From the NCBI GenBank assembly GCA_016927245.1, contig JAFGNA010000011.1, forward strand, positions 29,330-93,329: DNA of 64,000 nt, read 5' to 3'. The first letter of the stretch is position 1; the number at the start of each line of letters is the position of its first letter. Of this stretch, positions 1-9,470 are shown one piece after another. The DNA is from Candidatus Woesearchaeota archaeon (GTDB taxonomy: Archaea > Nanobdellota > Nanobdellia > Woesearchaeales > WJKR01). The notes below the pieces were generated by a model. That model was not told the DNA's origin. It made no database searches and worked only from the letters and a program-made list of their open reading frames with translations. A program made the translations under genes and the position numbers.

Positions 1-3000
1 GGCAGGATTTGTGGAGAATTTCTCGTCGTCGATGCTAGTGAATGATTCGTCCTCGTTGCAGGAGTAGAATGCGTTGTCATAGAAGAGGATGTGCGGCCAG
101 TGGGCAGTGGAGTGGAACGCTCGCGAGACGGGCATGTCGTCGCCGACGGCCCTGCCCGCCCAGCACGCGGCCACGTTGTCGATGTAGAACTCTGCCTGGT
201 CATAGGAGGTGCTCTTGGTGTCCGCGCCGCAGCAATAAGTGCCGGTCCACGTCGTGGTGAACTGCTCTTCGCAGGCGTGGGCGTACGGCACCACTTCTTC
301 TGCGGATGCTTCTTCAGGATTGGGGGGCTCGAGTCCGCGCACCCAGGTGCGGTGGTCGCCGGCGCAAAACCATTCCTGCTCCTCATCTTCTTCGTGGAAG
401 ACGAAGTTGTCGGTGTAGACGGTGACATCGCCGCTTCCAGGGGTGCTCGTCCTTGCGAAGACGATGTTCGCCCCGGTGATGTCATAACGGTAGAACAGGC
501 CCTGATTCTCGATGGGGATGGTGAACTTGTTCCAGATGCCTGATGGCAAGGTGTTGATGATGGCGATGTCCTTTAGTGCGAAGGAGCCCACGTTAGTAGT
601 TGAGGAATAGAAATCGATGCTCTCCGGTCGTAGGAGGCCTGCTGGATCATCATATTTCATCTCGAAGCTGATGCTGTCGAAACGCTGCGATGCACGCGAC
701 GGGATGGTGAAGTGGAGGCTGATGGAATGGTCGCCGCTCCCGGAGACGGCGATGGTGTTTTCCCCTGTCAGCTCTCGCAGGAAGGATTGCTCGAGTAGAT
801 CGAAGCTCTCGATGGTGTAGAGGTGGTTGCCTGGGGTGAAGGTCTTGCCGTTGTCCTCGCCGAGGTAGTCTCCGTCCCAGAGGAACGCGTTCTGGCAGTT
901 CTCATTGGAGCAGCACTCACCAAAGGCGGATTCCCCGTAGATGTCCTGGTAGCACATGATCGCCTCGTTCGGTCGAGGTTCGAAGATGACCGCGTTGCCG
1001 ACGTCATAATCCAGTTTTCCCAAGCAACAGTCGGCCTCGGTCATTCCCAGGGCTTGGACCTCATAGGGCTGTCCTTCAGGGACGTCGCCTCGCAAGCACG
1101 TGAGCCCCGTCCCGGTGGTGACCATGCCGCCGAGCGCCTCGCATGTCTCTTCTTCTGGCAGCTTGCAGTGGCCGTTCAAGCAGCAACGTTCCGTGCCGCC
1201 CGAGGTGGAGACCTCTCTTCCGTCGCCGCTGAAAAAGACGCAGTGCTCTTCTTCTTCGCAGACTTCTGTGTGGGTGATGGCGGATGAGAGTTCTTGACAT
1301 GTTCTCTCCTCGAAGGATGCTGTTCCGCTGGTGGGGCCACGAGCGTCATCCTCATCGGCGAAGCCACTACCACCGCCACCATCACCGTCACTGCCGCCAG
1401 GGAGGTTCTCCTGGTCTTGTTTGCAGACCAAGCTGGAACACTCTCTACCGAAAAGCGAAGGTTTGAAGAAGGTGTAATAATCGTTCGTGACGTAAGAGAG
1501 GCCCGCGCCCGCGGAGGACGCCTCGAAACCACTCGTCGGCTCGAAGTCGTTAGGTATGCCGCCTTCGTACTCGCAGCAACCGATGAAGGAATCCTTGAGC
1601 TCTTTCTTCTCCTCATCGGTGAGGTCCGCGCCGAGCGAGTCGACATAAGTGTCATAGGCCATGCGGGGATCGTCCGTGTTCCATACAGGCATATCGCATT
1701 CGCTCGCCAGGATGTAGTTGAACCATTTCTGCTGGGTCCTATCAGAAGGGTCTGGATTGATGAGCGCGTAGTCGGTGATACCGGGGTGGCAGGAATCATC
1801 GCCGTAGAAGATGCCTGTAAGCGTTGTTGGCGGAAGTAGTTCATAATTGCTGAGGACGATGTCTTCTGATGATTCCGCTCCTCCTATCACGTCGCAGGAG
1901 AACCATTTCTCGCCGTTGGAGATGAAATCGACTTCCCCATCAGGGTGGATGGTGTACTCTTGCTCGTACGCGTCCCACCATTGCCATTGCCCGTCCTGTA
2001 TTGCGATGTGTTGTGGTTCTTGGTTGCCATCATAGTCATTCAGGCAGAGGTAGTCTTCTTCTATGTGGCCGTAATCATCTGTCCCGTCAGTAATGGGTGT
2101 CCAAGTGCAGGTGACGTCAGGGCAGGCGGCCTGGGTGATGTAAAGCGAGCATGGCGTGGTCTCGAGTTCTCCTTCGCATTCTTCTGATACAATCACCTGC
2201 ATGCTTGGGGAAGGCTCGCAGCTGTAGGAGGGGACGTACCCCATTTCATCGCTCCAGTAAGAGTCTGCGACAGCTACGCATCCGGCGTTGTGCCCTTGTT
2301 CATCGCAACCGTCAGGAATGTCTCCTGCGTATACTTCATGTTCTTGGCAGTACGCTTGGGGGTCTGCCGAGGTGACCTTCCACGAGCATTGGTCCACGGT
2401 GTCGCAGTCTTGCTGGTTAGTGATGGATGAGCAGCTGGAAACGTCGCTGGGCCTGCAGGCGAAGTTCGCATCATCGCCGCAGCAACCGTCGCTACCGTCG
2501 GTTATTTCGCCTATACTGTACCAGGGAACCGCGGTGGAGAAGCTCTGGTAGACATTAGGCCCTGCTCCCTCCACGTTGCTTGCACAGTATCGTTCCTCTT
2601 CTCCGGTCTTCCAGCCTCCAGTGGTGCAGTAGTGTGTATTGCCCGAGTCGTCAGTATAGCTGAGTATTCCTATCTCATTCTCGTCATCGCCGCAGCAATG
2701 ATAGCTCTTGTCAGGAAGGGTCATCCTTTCCGAATCATAGTATTTTCCTCCTGCGTATTCGCAGAACTTCTGGTTCTCGTCACCGTCATAGACAAGGAGA
2801 AAATCATCTTGGTTGAGGAACCTGTTATATACAGGAAACTCTGATATGCGGTTCACAGTGTCTGCATTCAGGGTCCAATGCTCATAAATGTTGACTTGCG
2901 CGTTCTCGTCGCGGGAATAGGTGTCATCCCCTTGCATCCTGACCATCATGGTCAAGAAGTAGACTCCTTCTGGAAGGGTGGAGAAGTCGTACGTGTCATC

Positions 3001-3714
3001 GGTCGTGGTATGCCACCCAGAATCGCCGGCACGGTTGTCCAAGTACCTGAAATCATGGAGAAAGACGTCATGACTATTCACTTTCGTAGGCCCGCCAGAA
3101 AAATCTACCTTTCCGGTAAGGTGATTAACGTCGAATACCATGAGATCGAACACTGCGAGTTCGCAGTCGTGATAGTTATCTTGCCATGCGCGCCAGTTGA
3201 AGCCGATGTTGTTGAGATCCGGTACACTATCGTCAAGGTCGTGGTAGAAGTACGCCCCGACGATGAAGATGCCACCGTCTTCCTGCCGGGTTATCTTCAA
3301 GGAAGTGTCCTGAACGCAGTTCAGGACGCAGCCTGGACAGTACCCTCGCTCAAGATAGTAGCTGGCGTACGGATTGAAATATTCAGAAACCTGACTCTTA
3401 TAGAAGGATACATAATCATCATAGGCCTTATCGCCTGGAACTGCTCCTTCGAGGGAATCCTTCACATCAGGACATCCAGTATCCAAAAAGCCACCGTTTA
3501 TGTGTATAGGGGGAAAAGGAGCCTCGAGCAGCACGATGAGGGATGTTTCGAGGTTGTCACCAGGTTTCACACCTCCCTGGCAAGACTCGCTTCCTAGGCC
3601 ATCATTGCCGCCTGAGTTCGAGATGAGTGTGACCGTGGCGTGCGCTGAGGGTGCAATCGCCAAGAGCACTACTAACAGTAGTAGCGATAGTGTCCCATTT
3701 GCTCGTCCATCCAT
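1..3714 (-). CDS. Large secreted cysteine-rich surface protein, >1237 aa. N-terminus is inside the window and the C-terminus lies beyond position 1.
   Basis: Minus-strand frame is open from the ATG at 3714 to the window edge. Spot translations at 3601-3714, 1801-1860 and 1-60 show no stops. The track lists no minus ORF in this frame because no stop falls in the window. N-terminus MDGRANGTLSLLLLVVLLAIAPSAHA is a signal peptide. There are many Cys, including repeated CCGDD and CxC motifs. Plus-strand ORFs across this region are antisense artefacts. Confidence 0.7.
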   Translation of the reverse strand, partial: MDGRANGTLSLLLLVVLLAIAPSAHATVTLISNSGGNDGLGSESCQGGVKPGDNLETSLIVLLEAPFPPIHINGGFLDTGCPDVKDSLEGAVPGDKAYDDYVSFYKSQVSEYFNPYASYYLERGYCPGCVLNCVQDTSLKITRQEDGGIFIVGAYFYHDLDDSVPDLNNIGFNWRAWQDNYHDCELAVFDLMVFDVNHLTGKVDFSGGPTKVNSHDVFLHDFRYLDNRAGDSGWHTTTDDTYDFSTLPEGVYFLTMMVRMQGDDTYSRDENAQVNIYEHWTLNADTVNRISEFPVYNRFLNQDDFLLVYDGDENQKFCEYAGGKYYDSERMTLPDKSYHCCGDDENEIGILSYTDDSGNTHYCTTGGWKTGEEERYCASNVEGAGPNVYQSFSTAVPWYSIGEITDGSDGCCGDDANFACRPSDVSSCSSITNQQDCDTVDQCSWKVTSADPQAYCQEHEVYAGDIPDGCDEQGHNAGCVAVADSYWSDEMGYVPSYSCEPSPSMQVIVSEECEGELETTPCSLYITQAACPDVTCTWTPITDGTDDYGHIEEDYLCLNDYDGNQEPQHIAIQDGQWQWWDAYEQEYTIHPDGEVDFISNGEKWFSCDVIGGAESSEDIVLSNYELLPPTTLTGIFYGDDSCHPGITDYALINPDPSDRTQQKWFNYILASECDMPVWNTDDPRMAYDTYVDSLGADLTDEEKKELKDSFIGCCEYEGGIPNDFEPTSGFEASSAGAGLSYVTNDYYTFFKPSLFGRECSSLVCKQDQENLPGGSDGDGGGGSGFADEDDARGPTSGTASFEERTCQELSSAITHTEVCEEEEHCVFFSGDGREVSTSGGTERCCLNGHCKLPEEETCEALGGMVTTGTGLTCLRGDVPEGQPYEVQALGMTEADCCLGKLDYDVGNAVIFEPRPNEAIMCYQDIYGESAFGECCSNENCQNAFLWDGDYLGEDNGKTFTPGNHLYTIESFDLLEQSFLRELTGENTIAVSGSGDHSISLHFTIPSRASQRFDSISFEMKYDDPAGLLRPESIDFYSSTTNVGSFALKDIAIINTLPSGIWNKFTIPIENQGLFYRYDITGANIVFARTSTPGSGDVTVYTDNFVFHEEDEEQEWFCAGDHRTWVRGLEPPNPEEASAEEVVPYAHACEEQFTTTWTGTYCCGADTKSTSYDQAEFYIDNVAACWAGRAVGDDMPVSRAFHSTAHWPHILFYDNAFYSCNEDESFTSIDDEKFSTNPA

Positions 3715-3795
3715 GCAGTGCCCTCAAACCCTCTTTTCAGAGGTATCCTTGCAGCAGGTAGTTTAAAAAGTTTGCTTTTTTGTCGAGAATGTTCG

Positions 3796-4359
3796 TCACA
3801 GCATTTCAAGAAAGTGTGCTCGTTCTTTCGGCGCGCGTACGCGGAGCGGTGTCGTGGCGAACGAGCTGGTCTGCGTGGCGGCGCCGTAGTTGCGTATGAT
3901 GCGCTTGTTCTGCTGCATCCTTCCGAGCACGCGCGCCTGGTCGGGGTTTCCTAAGAGCAGTGAGAGGTCGAAGCAGTACGTCTTCTTCTTCTCTGCGAGT
4001 ATCTTGGCGAGCACGTGGTTCATGCCGCTTCCGCGGTGGTGCGTCTTGTCCTTGTCCTCGAGCGTCTCCGCGCCGTGCAAGTACCGCACCTGCTTGCTTT
4101 CCGCTACGTCTCTCGTCGCGGTCCCGATGAGTTCGTCGTAGTGCTGCGCGTATTTCTGCGCTTCTCGTGCGTCTTTGATGAGGAGCGCTTTGCGGAGCTT
4201 GGCGTCCTTCACGCCTTCTTGGAGCTCTCTGAACGCGTCGTCGTTGGTCTTGTCGTGCTTCTGGAAGGCTATGAGGAGTTCTTTGGTGCCGAGCGACGCG
4301 GCGAACAGCGCGGTCTCGGTCGTGTTCTTGGCGTCGGTGTAGAGGATGATGTCTTGCAT
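3796..4359 (-). CDS. rnp3: RNase P protein component 3 (Rpp30)
   Basis: C-terminal half aligns with Pyrococcus Rpp30: G(M/I)(N/D)HVLAKIL..KK...FDLSLLL..NP..RA..LGRM. TATA TATTTAAAT lies about 30 nt upstream. Confidence 0.7.
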   Translation of the reverse strand: MQDIILYTDAKNTTETALFAASLGTKELLIAFQKHDKTNDDAFRELQEGVKDAKLRKALLIKDAREAQKYAQHYDELIGTATRDVAESKQVRYLHGAETLEDKDKTHHRGSGMNHVLAKILAEKKKTYCFDLSLLLGNPDQARVLGRMQQNKRIIRNYGAATQTSSFATTPLRVRAPKERAHFLEML

Positions 4360-4512
4360 GTGGTGGTCGTGGAAGCGAGAGGACTATTTAAATCATGCTC
4401 TCGTGCCCGGAAAAACTACTGGACAGGTGGAGGGTGAGGCTTTATAACGCCGCGTGCGTTCGCACGTATTCGACCGAAAGAAATAAATAATAATTATACT
4501 TATGTATAATTC

Positions 4513-4752
4513 ATGGTGGGGAAGATAACGCTGACAGGAACCATCCTCAAATGGGGGAACTCCTACGGCATCCGCATCAACAAGGAAGAAGTGGAAAGGA
4601 TGAGACTGCAGGAGAAGCAACAAGTCGAGGTAGCCATCAAGCCCATCAAGAACCCTCTGCTCGAACTCTGGGGATCAGCAAAGGACAACCCCATAACCAA
4701 GGAGGACTTTCTCAGGATACGAAGAGAGCTAGAAGGTGAATTCGGAAAATGA
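4513..4752 (+). CDS. vapB: AbrB/MazE (SpoVT-AbrB) type antitoxin, VapB-like
   Basis: KWGNSYGIRINKEEVERMRL is a swapped-hairpin motif like MazE KRWGNSPAVRIP. 79 aa. Overlaps the downstream PIN gene by 4 nt. Confidence 0.7.
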   Translation: MVGKITLTGTILKWGNSYGIRINKEEVERMRLQEKQQVEVAIKPIKNPLLELWGSAKDNPITKEDFLRIRRELEGEFGK

Positions 4753-5111
4753 AACTGTGCCTGGACACCTATGCTCTCGTCGAGATAGAGAAGAACACAC
4801 CCACATACCGTTCCATAATAGAGGAGGAATTCATCATCACCGCAGCAGCTCTAGGAGAATTCTACTATCTCATGGCACGATTGAAAGGCGCAAGAACCGC
4901 GGAGTACTGGGCCAAGCGCCTGCTGCCATTCACCGAGGACGTTGACAAGCACCTATGGGTGGAGTCGATGCGATTCAGAGCAGAGCACTACAAGGAGAAG
5001 CTGTCGGTCATCGACGCGCTCAGCTACACCTACGCGAGGAAGCACAAGCTCTTGTTCGTCACGGGCGACGCCGCGTTCAAGGACAAGCCAGGAGTCAAGC
5101 ACATCGCCTAG
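4749..5111 (+). CDS. vapC: PIN-domain ribonuclease toxin VapC
   Basis: N-terminal LDTYALVE with conserved acidic residues and C-terminal LLFVTGDAAF are typical of PIN/VapC. 120 aa. Translationally coupled to the AbrB-type gene. Confidence 0.75.
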   Translation: MKLCLDTYALVEIEKNTPTYRSIIEEEFIITAAALGEFYYLMARLKGARTAEYWAKRLLPFTEDVDKHLWVESMRFRAEHYKEKLSVIDALSYTYARKHKLLFVTGDAAFKDKPGVKHIA

Positions 5112-5875
5112 GCGACGCCGAGCGCCTTGCGCAACCCGAAGCTGAGCGCGACGCTGAACAAGATGTAGATGCCGATCCACCCCCAGTTCCCTACTAACGG
5201 GAAGCCCTCCAGCGGCTTGATCTTCTCGTTGCTCAGCGTGACGGCGCTGAAAGGCGCCACTTTCACCTTCTCGAACGGCGGCGCGTACTGGCCAGTCTCA
5301 GAGGAGATGACGACCTCCTTGGCAGTGCTCGCCCCCGAGGCGTGCGTGAAGGCCAACTGGTACGTCCCCTCCTCACCCATCAAGGTCCACGACGCCACCC
5401 CATCAATCACTTCCTTGGTCCACGTGTCATTCCTGTGCAAGCCCAGCTCAGGAATGGTGTCCAAGGTGACCTCGCCCGCAGCCCCTTTCTGGAGCTGCAT
5501 CGTGACGGTGAACGGCTCTCCCGGCAGCAGCGGCTCGTACGCCATGTGCGCGTTCAACCAGCCGAAGATGATGATGATGGGGATGAGCGTGTACAAGGTG
5601 GGCTTGAAGCTCTGCTTCATGATCTCCATGTTCTTGCCCATCATCTCCTGCTGGACCTTCATAGCCTTCTTCGGGTCAGTCTTAGAAAGCTCCTTGACCT
5701 TCTTCTGATACCCTTTCATCTCCGCCTTCAACGCCTTCATCCGCTGCTGGTCGGTCAAGTACTTATACGCAATCGTGGTCAGTGTGGTGATGACCACGCT
5801 GATGACGAGGATGGCGAGCCAGCTCGGCAAAGCCAATAGCGGCGAGAAGACCGGGTCGAGGAAGCTCCCTACCAT
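5108..5875 (-). CDS. DUF106 / EMC3-TMCO1-like membrane protein (archaeal Oxa1/YidC-superfamily insertase homolog)
   Basis: Coiled-coil Lys-rich segment KALKAEMKGYQKKVKE..KKAMKVQQEMMGKNMEIMKQSFKPTLYTLIPIIIIFGWL matches DUF106 architecture. TM helices. Located next to secY as in many archaea. Confidence 0.55.
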   Translation of the reverse strand: MVGSFLDPVFSPLLALPSWLAILVISVVITTLTTIAYKYLTDQQRMKALKAEMKGYQKKVKELSKTDPKKAMKVQQEMMGKNMEIMKQSFKPTLYTLIPIIIIFGWLNAHMAYEPLLPGEPFTVTMQLQKGAAGEVTLDTIPELGLHRNDTWTKEVIDGVASWTLMGEEGTYQLAFTHASGASTAKEVVISSETGQYAPPFEKVKVAPFSAVTLSNEKIKPLEGFPLVGNWGWIGIYILFSVALSFGLRKALGVA

Positions 5876-5962
5876 GGAAGGACGGGAACACCAAGCCTAT
5901 TTAAAGATAGTGGAAGAATACCGGATACGCCACGACGAGGGAGCAAGGAAAGGCCTATAATA

Positions 5963-7294
5963 TCATCCGCCCATGAACTTCCTCATCATCGGGTTCATGT
6001 CGTACATGTGCTGCTTCGCGATCTCCTCGTACAAGCGGTACACGATCATGACGGTGAGCAGGATGCCCGTCCCCGAGCCGATAGCCCCGGTGAGGTCAGC
6101 CACCCCTGCCAACAACCCGATGGCGATGCCACCCATGATGGTCAATGGCCCGATGTACCTTTGCAGCAACCGCTCCAGGACGCGCTGGTCCTTCCTGAAC
6201 CCTGGTATGGACAAGCCAGAGGCCATGATCTGCTTGGCCTGCGACCGAGCGTCCAGCCCCGACGTCTGCACCCAGAACCAGCTGAACAAGACTGAGCCGC
6301 CGACCATGAGGAGGAGGTAGACCGCTCCTTGCGCGAGCTGCAAACCTGACAGCGTGCCGGTGATGACGCTGTTAAGGAGGTTAGGGGCGCGCACCCACGC
6401 GGCTATCCCCGTCTCCGCGCTGCCCGTGATGAGGTTGGCCATGAGCTGGATGTTCGCGAGCAAAGCCGCGACGAGGATGACTGGGATGTTCGAGGTGTAG
6501 AGGAAGTTGAGCGGCCACCGTATACCATGACCCCTGATGCGGCCGAAGCTGAGCGGTATCTCGACCTTCATGGCCTGGACGAACACGACGAACGCGAACA
6601 CGGCGATGGTGGCGAGGATGGCACCGAGAGCGAGCCCCGCAGCGGCGCTGTCGAGGTTGAGGAATGACTGGAATATCTGCCAGACCTTGCCCACGGCGTA
6701 CTGCCCCTGCTCCTTGAGCGGGCTGAAGAGCTGGATCACGATGGACTTCGACACCCCTGCTGCGATGAACAAGCTGATGCCCGAGCCGAAGCCCCATTTC
6801 GAGACGACCTCGTCCATGAACATGATCATCAAGCCGCCGAGGAAGAGCTGGAACACGAGGAGCGATGAGGACACGCCCGGCTCCGGCGAGATGCCGCCTA
6901 GGTTGACGTAGATGAACGATTCGAGGATGATGAAGAAAACGCTGAGGAGCTTCTGGAACCCTTGGAAGCGCTTCTTGCCATCAGGCGTGGTGAGGTCGAA
7001 CTTGAACAACCCGCTCCCATTGAGGAGCTGGAGGATGATGCTCGCCGTCACTATAGGCCCGATGCCGAGGCTGATGATGCTGCCGAACTCCGCGCCGAGC
7101 ACGATGCTCATGAACTCGAGCTGGAGCCTCGTCTCCTCAGAGGCGCCGAAGACAGGGATGAGCCCGAGCACGAAGTAGATGATGAGGACGGTCAGCGTCC
7201 AGGTGAGCTTCTGCTTGAAAGCGAGCTTCTTCTGCGTGGGATGAGCGACTTCAGGAAGGTTCGTCAAGAACTTGTCGTACCAAGCCATAGTCAA
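5963..7294 (-). CDS. secY: Preprotein translocase subunit SecY
   Basis: 443 aa polytopic membrane protein with SecY signature regions. Last gene of the ribosomal protein operon. Confidence 0.9.
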   Translation of the reverse strand: MTMAWYDKFLTNLPEVAHPTQKKLAFKQKLTWTLTVLIIYFVLGLIPVFGASEETRLQLEFMSIVLGAEFGSIISLGIGPIVTASIILQLLNGSGLFKFDLTTPDGKKRFQGFQKLLSVFFIILESFIYVNLGGISPEPGVSSSLLVFQLFLGGLMIMFMDEVVSKWGFGSGISLFIAAGVSKSIVIQLFSPLKEQGQYAVGKVWQIFQSFLNLDSAAAGLALGAILATIAVFAFVVFVQAMKVEIPLSFGRIRGHGIRWPLNFLYTSNIPVILVAALLANIQLMANLITGSAETGIAAWVRAPNLLNSVITGTLSGLQLAQGAVYLLLMVGGSVLFSWFWVQTSGLDARSQAKQIMASGLSIPGFRKDQRVLERLLQRYIGPLTIMGGIAIGLLAGVADLTGAIGSGTGILLTVMIVYRLYEEIAKQHMYDMNPMMRKFMGG

Positions 7295-7770
7295 GCGTCC
7301 TCTGCAGTGGCGGGTGCTGTGCCTTCTCCGGGACCAACAGCGAGGGTGACGGTGCCGCCCGCCTTCTTAACCTTTTCTATGGCGCGCGGCGTCGCCGCGG
7401 CGACGGTGATAGCCCACTTCCTGCTCGGCTTGCCCGTGGCGAGGAGCTTGGTGTACCCTGCCTTGGCGAGGTCGATGGACTCGCCGATGAGGAAGCCTTC
7501 TTCTCGCAACGTGACGGCGTGCGACTCGAGGTGGGCTATGGTGACGGGCGATCGCGGGGAGCGGTGCTTGCTGATGAATCCTCGCTTGCCCGCGTAGTTG
7601 GTGCTGCGCCAGATGCTCGGCTTCTTCGCGTCACCTCTTTTTCCGGAGCCGGCGGCGCCGCGGCCGCCGCGGTGGCCCGCTCCTCGGTGCTTCTTCATGG
7701 CGCCCCAGCCGTGCGTCTTGCTGCCTCGCTGCCGGGTGTTCTTCTTGCGCTTGTGGTCCATGGTGATCAC
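7291..7770 (-). CDS. rpl15: Ribosomal protein uL15
   Basis: GRGxGSGxGKTxGRG Gly/Arg-rich N-terminus. Position between L30 and secY. Confidence 0.9.
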   Translation of the reverse strand: MITMDHKRKKNTRQRGSKTHGWGAMKKHRGAGHRGGRGAAGSGKRGDAKKPSIWRSTNYAGKRGFISKHRSPRSPVTIAHLESHAVTLREEGFLIGESIDLAKAGYTKLLATGKPSRKWAITVAAATPRAIEKVKKAGGTVTLAVGPGEGTAPATAEDA

Positions 7771-8159
7771 GTCATCCTCTTGATGAGCTCGTCCATGCGC
7801 TCCTTGCGGTCGCCAAGGGCTCCTCCTGTCGAGAAGGGCTTCTTGATGCCTTTGCGCTCGAAGCCGCCGCGAGGGGGGTGAAGGGCGAAGGCTTGCTGCT
7901 CCTCGCCGGCGCCCCGCCGCTTGGCGAGCTCTCGATAGGTCTCGTCGGCGATGGCGCCCCAGGTGATGGCGTCCTTGGCCTTGCGGAGCATGCCCCTCGT
8001 CGACGCGTCATCCTTGAGGATGACGCACGCGTGCTTCTTCTTGAGGCCGAGGAGGTCGAGGGTGCGCTTGACGTCGCGGTGGAGCCCTATCCTGCCCCTG
8101 ATGAGCACGGCCACCAACCGTTGGTCGCCTTGTCGATGCGGTTGCTTGTTCTCAGTCAT
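7767..8159 (-). CDS. rpl30: Ribosomal protein uL30
   Basis: LIRGRIGLHRDVKRTLDLLGL motif. Operon position. Confidence 0.85.
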   Translation of the reverse strand: MTENKQPHRQGDQRLVAVLIRGRIGLHRDVKRTLDLLGLKKKHACVILKDDASTRGMLRKAKDAITWGAIADETYRELAKRRGAGEEQQAFALHPPRGGFERKGIKKPFSTGGALGDRKERMDELIKRMT

Positions 8160-8947
8160 GCGTCCTCACCTGTGGGCGTTGCTTCTTCGGCCTCGGCTCC
8201 CTTTTTCGGCGTTCTTCCTTCGATGATGCTGAACTGTTCTATCTGGTCATGCTTGACTTTCATCTTGGAGAGCCGCTTGAGGGCTTGCTCTACGGCCTTG
8301 ACGAGGTTGACCTTGTTCTTTGACTGCCCGCGCGTCCTCGCCCAGCAGTCCTTGATGCCCGCCAGCGCGAGGATCTTCGCCATCTCTTTCTCCACGACGA
8401 GACCTTTGCCTTTCGGCGCGGGCATGAGCTTGACGACGACGCTGCCGCACTTGCCCTCGACGGCGAAGGGGATGCTGTGGGGTTCTGACGAGGAGTCCTC
8501 CCAGCTGCCCGCGCCTCTTCGTATCTTGAACAATGCCAGCTTGGCGTTCCGCACGGCCTTCTCCCGCGCGGGGATGGTCTCCTTGCTCTTGCCAAGGCCG
8601 AGGCCGATGTAGCCGTCCTTGTTGCCGACGACGGCGTACGCGCTGAAGGTCGGCTTGTTGCCTTCCATGGTCTTCTTCTGCGTCTGCCTGAAGACTCGTC
8701 GCTGGCCGCCACCGAACTTTCCCTTGCTCTGGCCGATGAGGATGAGCTCTGATTCCAGGTCGAGGAGGGTGTCCGCTATCTCTGGCTCGAGGACTCGGAG
8801 GCCGTTGTCGAGTATCTGGTCGATGTCGGTGATTTCCTTCGCCTGGACTTTCCTGCCGAGCTCGGTCTTCGGCTGCCAATCGGCGAGGTATGCCTTCGGG
8901 TCTATGTCTTCCCGTCGTCTTCGTGGTTGTCTTGGTCTGGGTGCCAT
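8156..8947 (-). CDS. rps5: Ribosomal protein uS5
   Basis: S5 dsRBD and C-terminal domains (GRRxxFxALVVVGNxxGxVGxGxGKA-like). Likely start MAPRPRQ at 8947; the track ORF over-extends to 9085. Confidence 0.85.
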   Translation of the reverse strand: MAPRPRQPRRRREDIDPKAYLADWQPKTELGRKVQAKEITDIDQILDNGLRVLEPEIADTLLDLESELILIGQSKGKFGGGQRRVFRQTQKKTMEGNKPTFSAYAVVGNKDGYIGLGLGKSKETIPAREKAVRNAKLALFKIRRGAGSWEDSSSEPHSIPFAVEGKCGSVVVKLMPAPKGKGLVVEKEMAKILALAGIKDCWARTRGQSKNKVNLVKAVEQALKRLSKMKVKHDQIEQFSIIEGRTPKKGAEAEEATPTGEDA

Positions 8948-8951
8948 GTGA

Positions 8952-9470
8952 TCATGCTCCTTTCGTGATGGCTTCCTTGAGCTTGCTGAACGCTTCGGCG
9001 ATCGGCGCTCCTTGGACGTGCTTGCCGATGAGCCTGTCTTCCGGCGGGAAGACTTCGTCCGATGCGGGGACGTCAAGCCCGCCATCGATGGCTCCTTTGA
9101 GGGCTGCGTACAGCCGTGATCCTTTGATGGGTGTCTGGAGGCCGAGGTCGAGCACGGCGTGGGCGACCTCGTGCTCCTTGGCGGCGCGTGCGAGGAGGAG
9201 TCCTGTGAGGTAGCACGCGGGGAGGTTCTTGGCGGAGTGCTTCCAGCCCATGCCTTCGAGCTTCTTGCTGCTCACCCCGATGATGACTCGGTCGCCGTCG
9301 GGGTGGTAGTCGACGATCTGCATGATGAGATGCTTGTTCGTCCTCCTGATGACGAGCCGGTGCGTCCTTCCCTTGAGGAGCTCCAGCCGTTTCTTGTAGT
9401 TCGTCTTCCCTTCCCGCTTGCGGCGGTAGGGGACGGTCCTCCTCGTCGTGCTCTTCGTCATGGTGATCAC
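8952..9470 (-). CDS. rpl18: Ribosomal protein uL18
   Basis: RRRxRxGKTNYxxR N-terminus typical of archaeal L18. Confidence 0.9.
   Translation of the reverse strand: MITMTKSTTRRTVPYRRKREGKTNYKKRLELLKGRTHRLVIRRTNKHLIMQIVDYHPDGDRVIIGVSSKKLEGMGWKHSAKNLPACYLTGLLLARAAKEHEVAHAVLDLGLQTPIKGSRLYAALKGAIDGGLDVPASDEVFPPEDRLIGKHVQGAPIAEAFSKLKEAITKGA

Noticed and set aside
823-3597. Plus-strand ORFs (154, 181 and 239 aa) across the first 3.7 kb
   Set aside because: They lie antisense to a single uninterrupted minus-strand frame encoding a signal-peptide-bearing Cys-rich protein.
8247-8879. 210-aa and 140-aa Arg-rich minus-strand ORFs overlapping rps5
   Set aside because: Off-frame to the uS5 gene. No motifs. 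Composition artefact.
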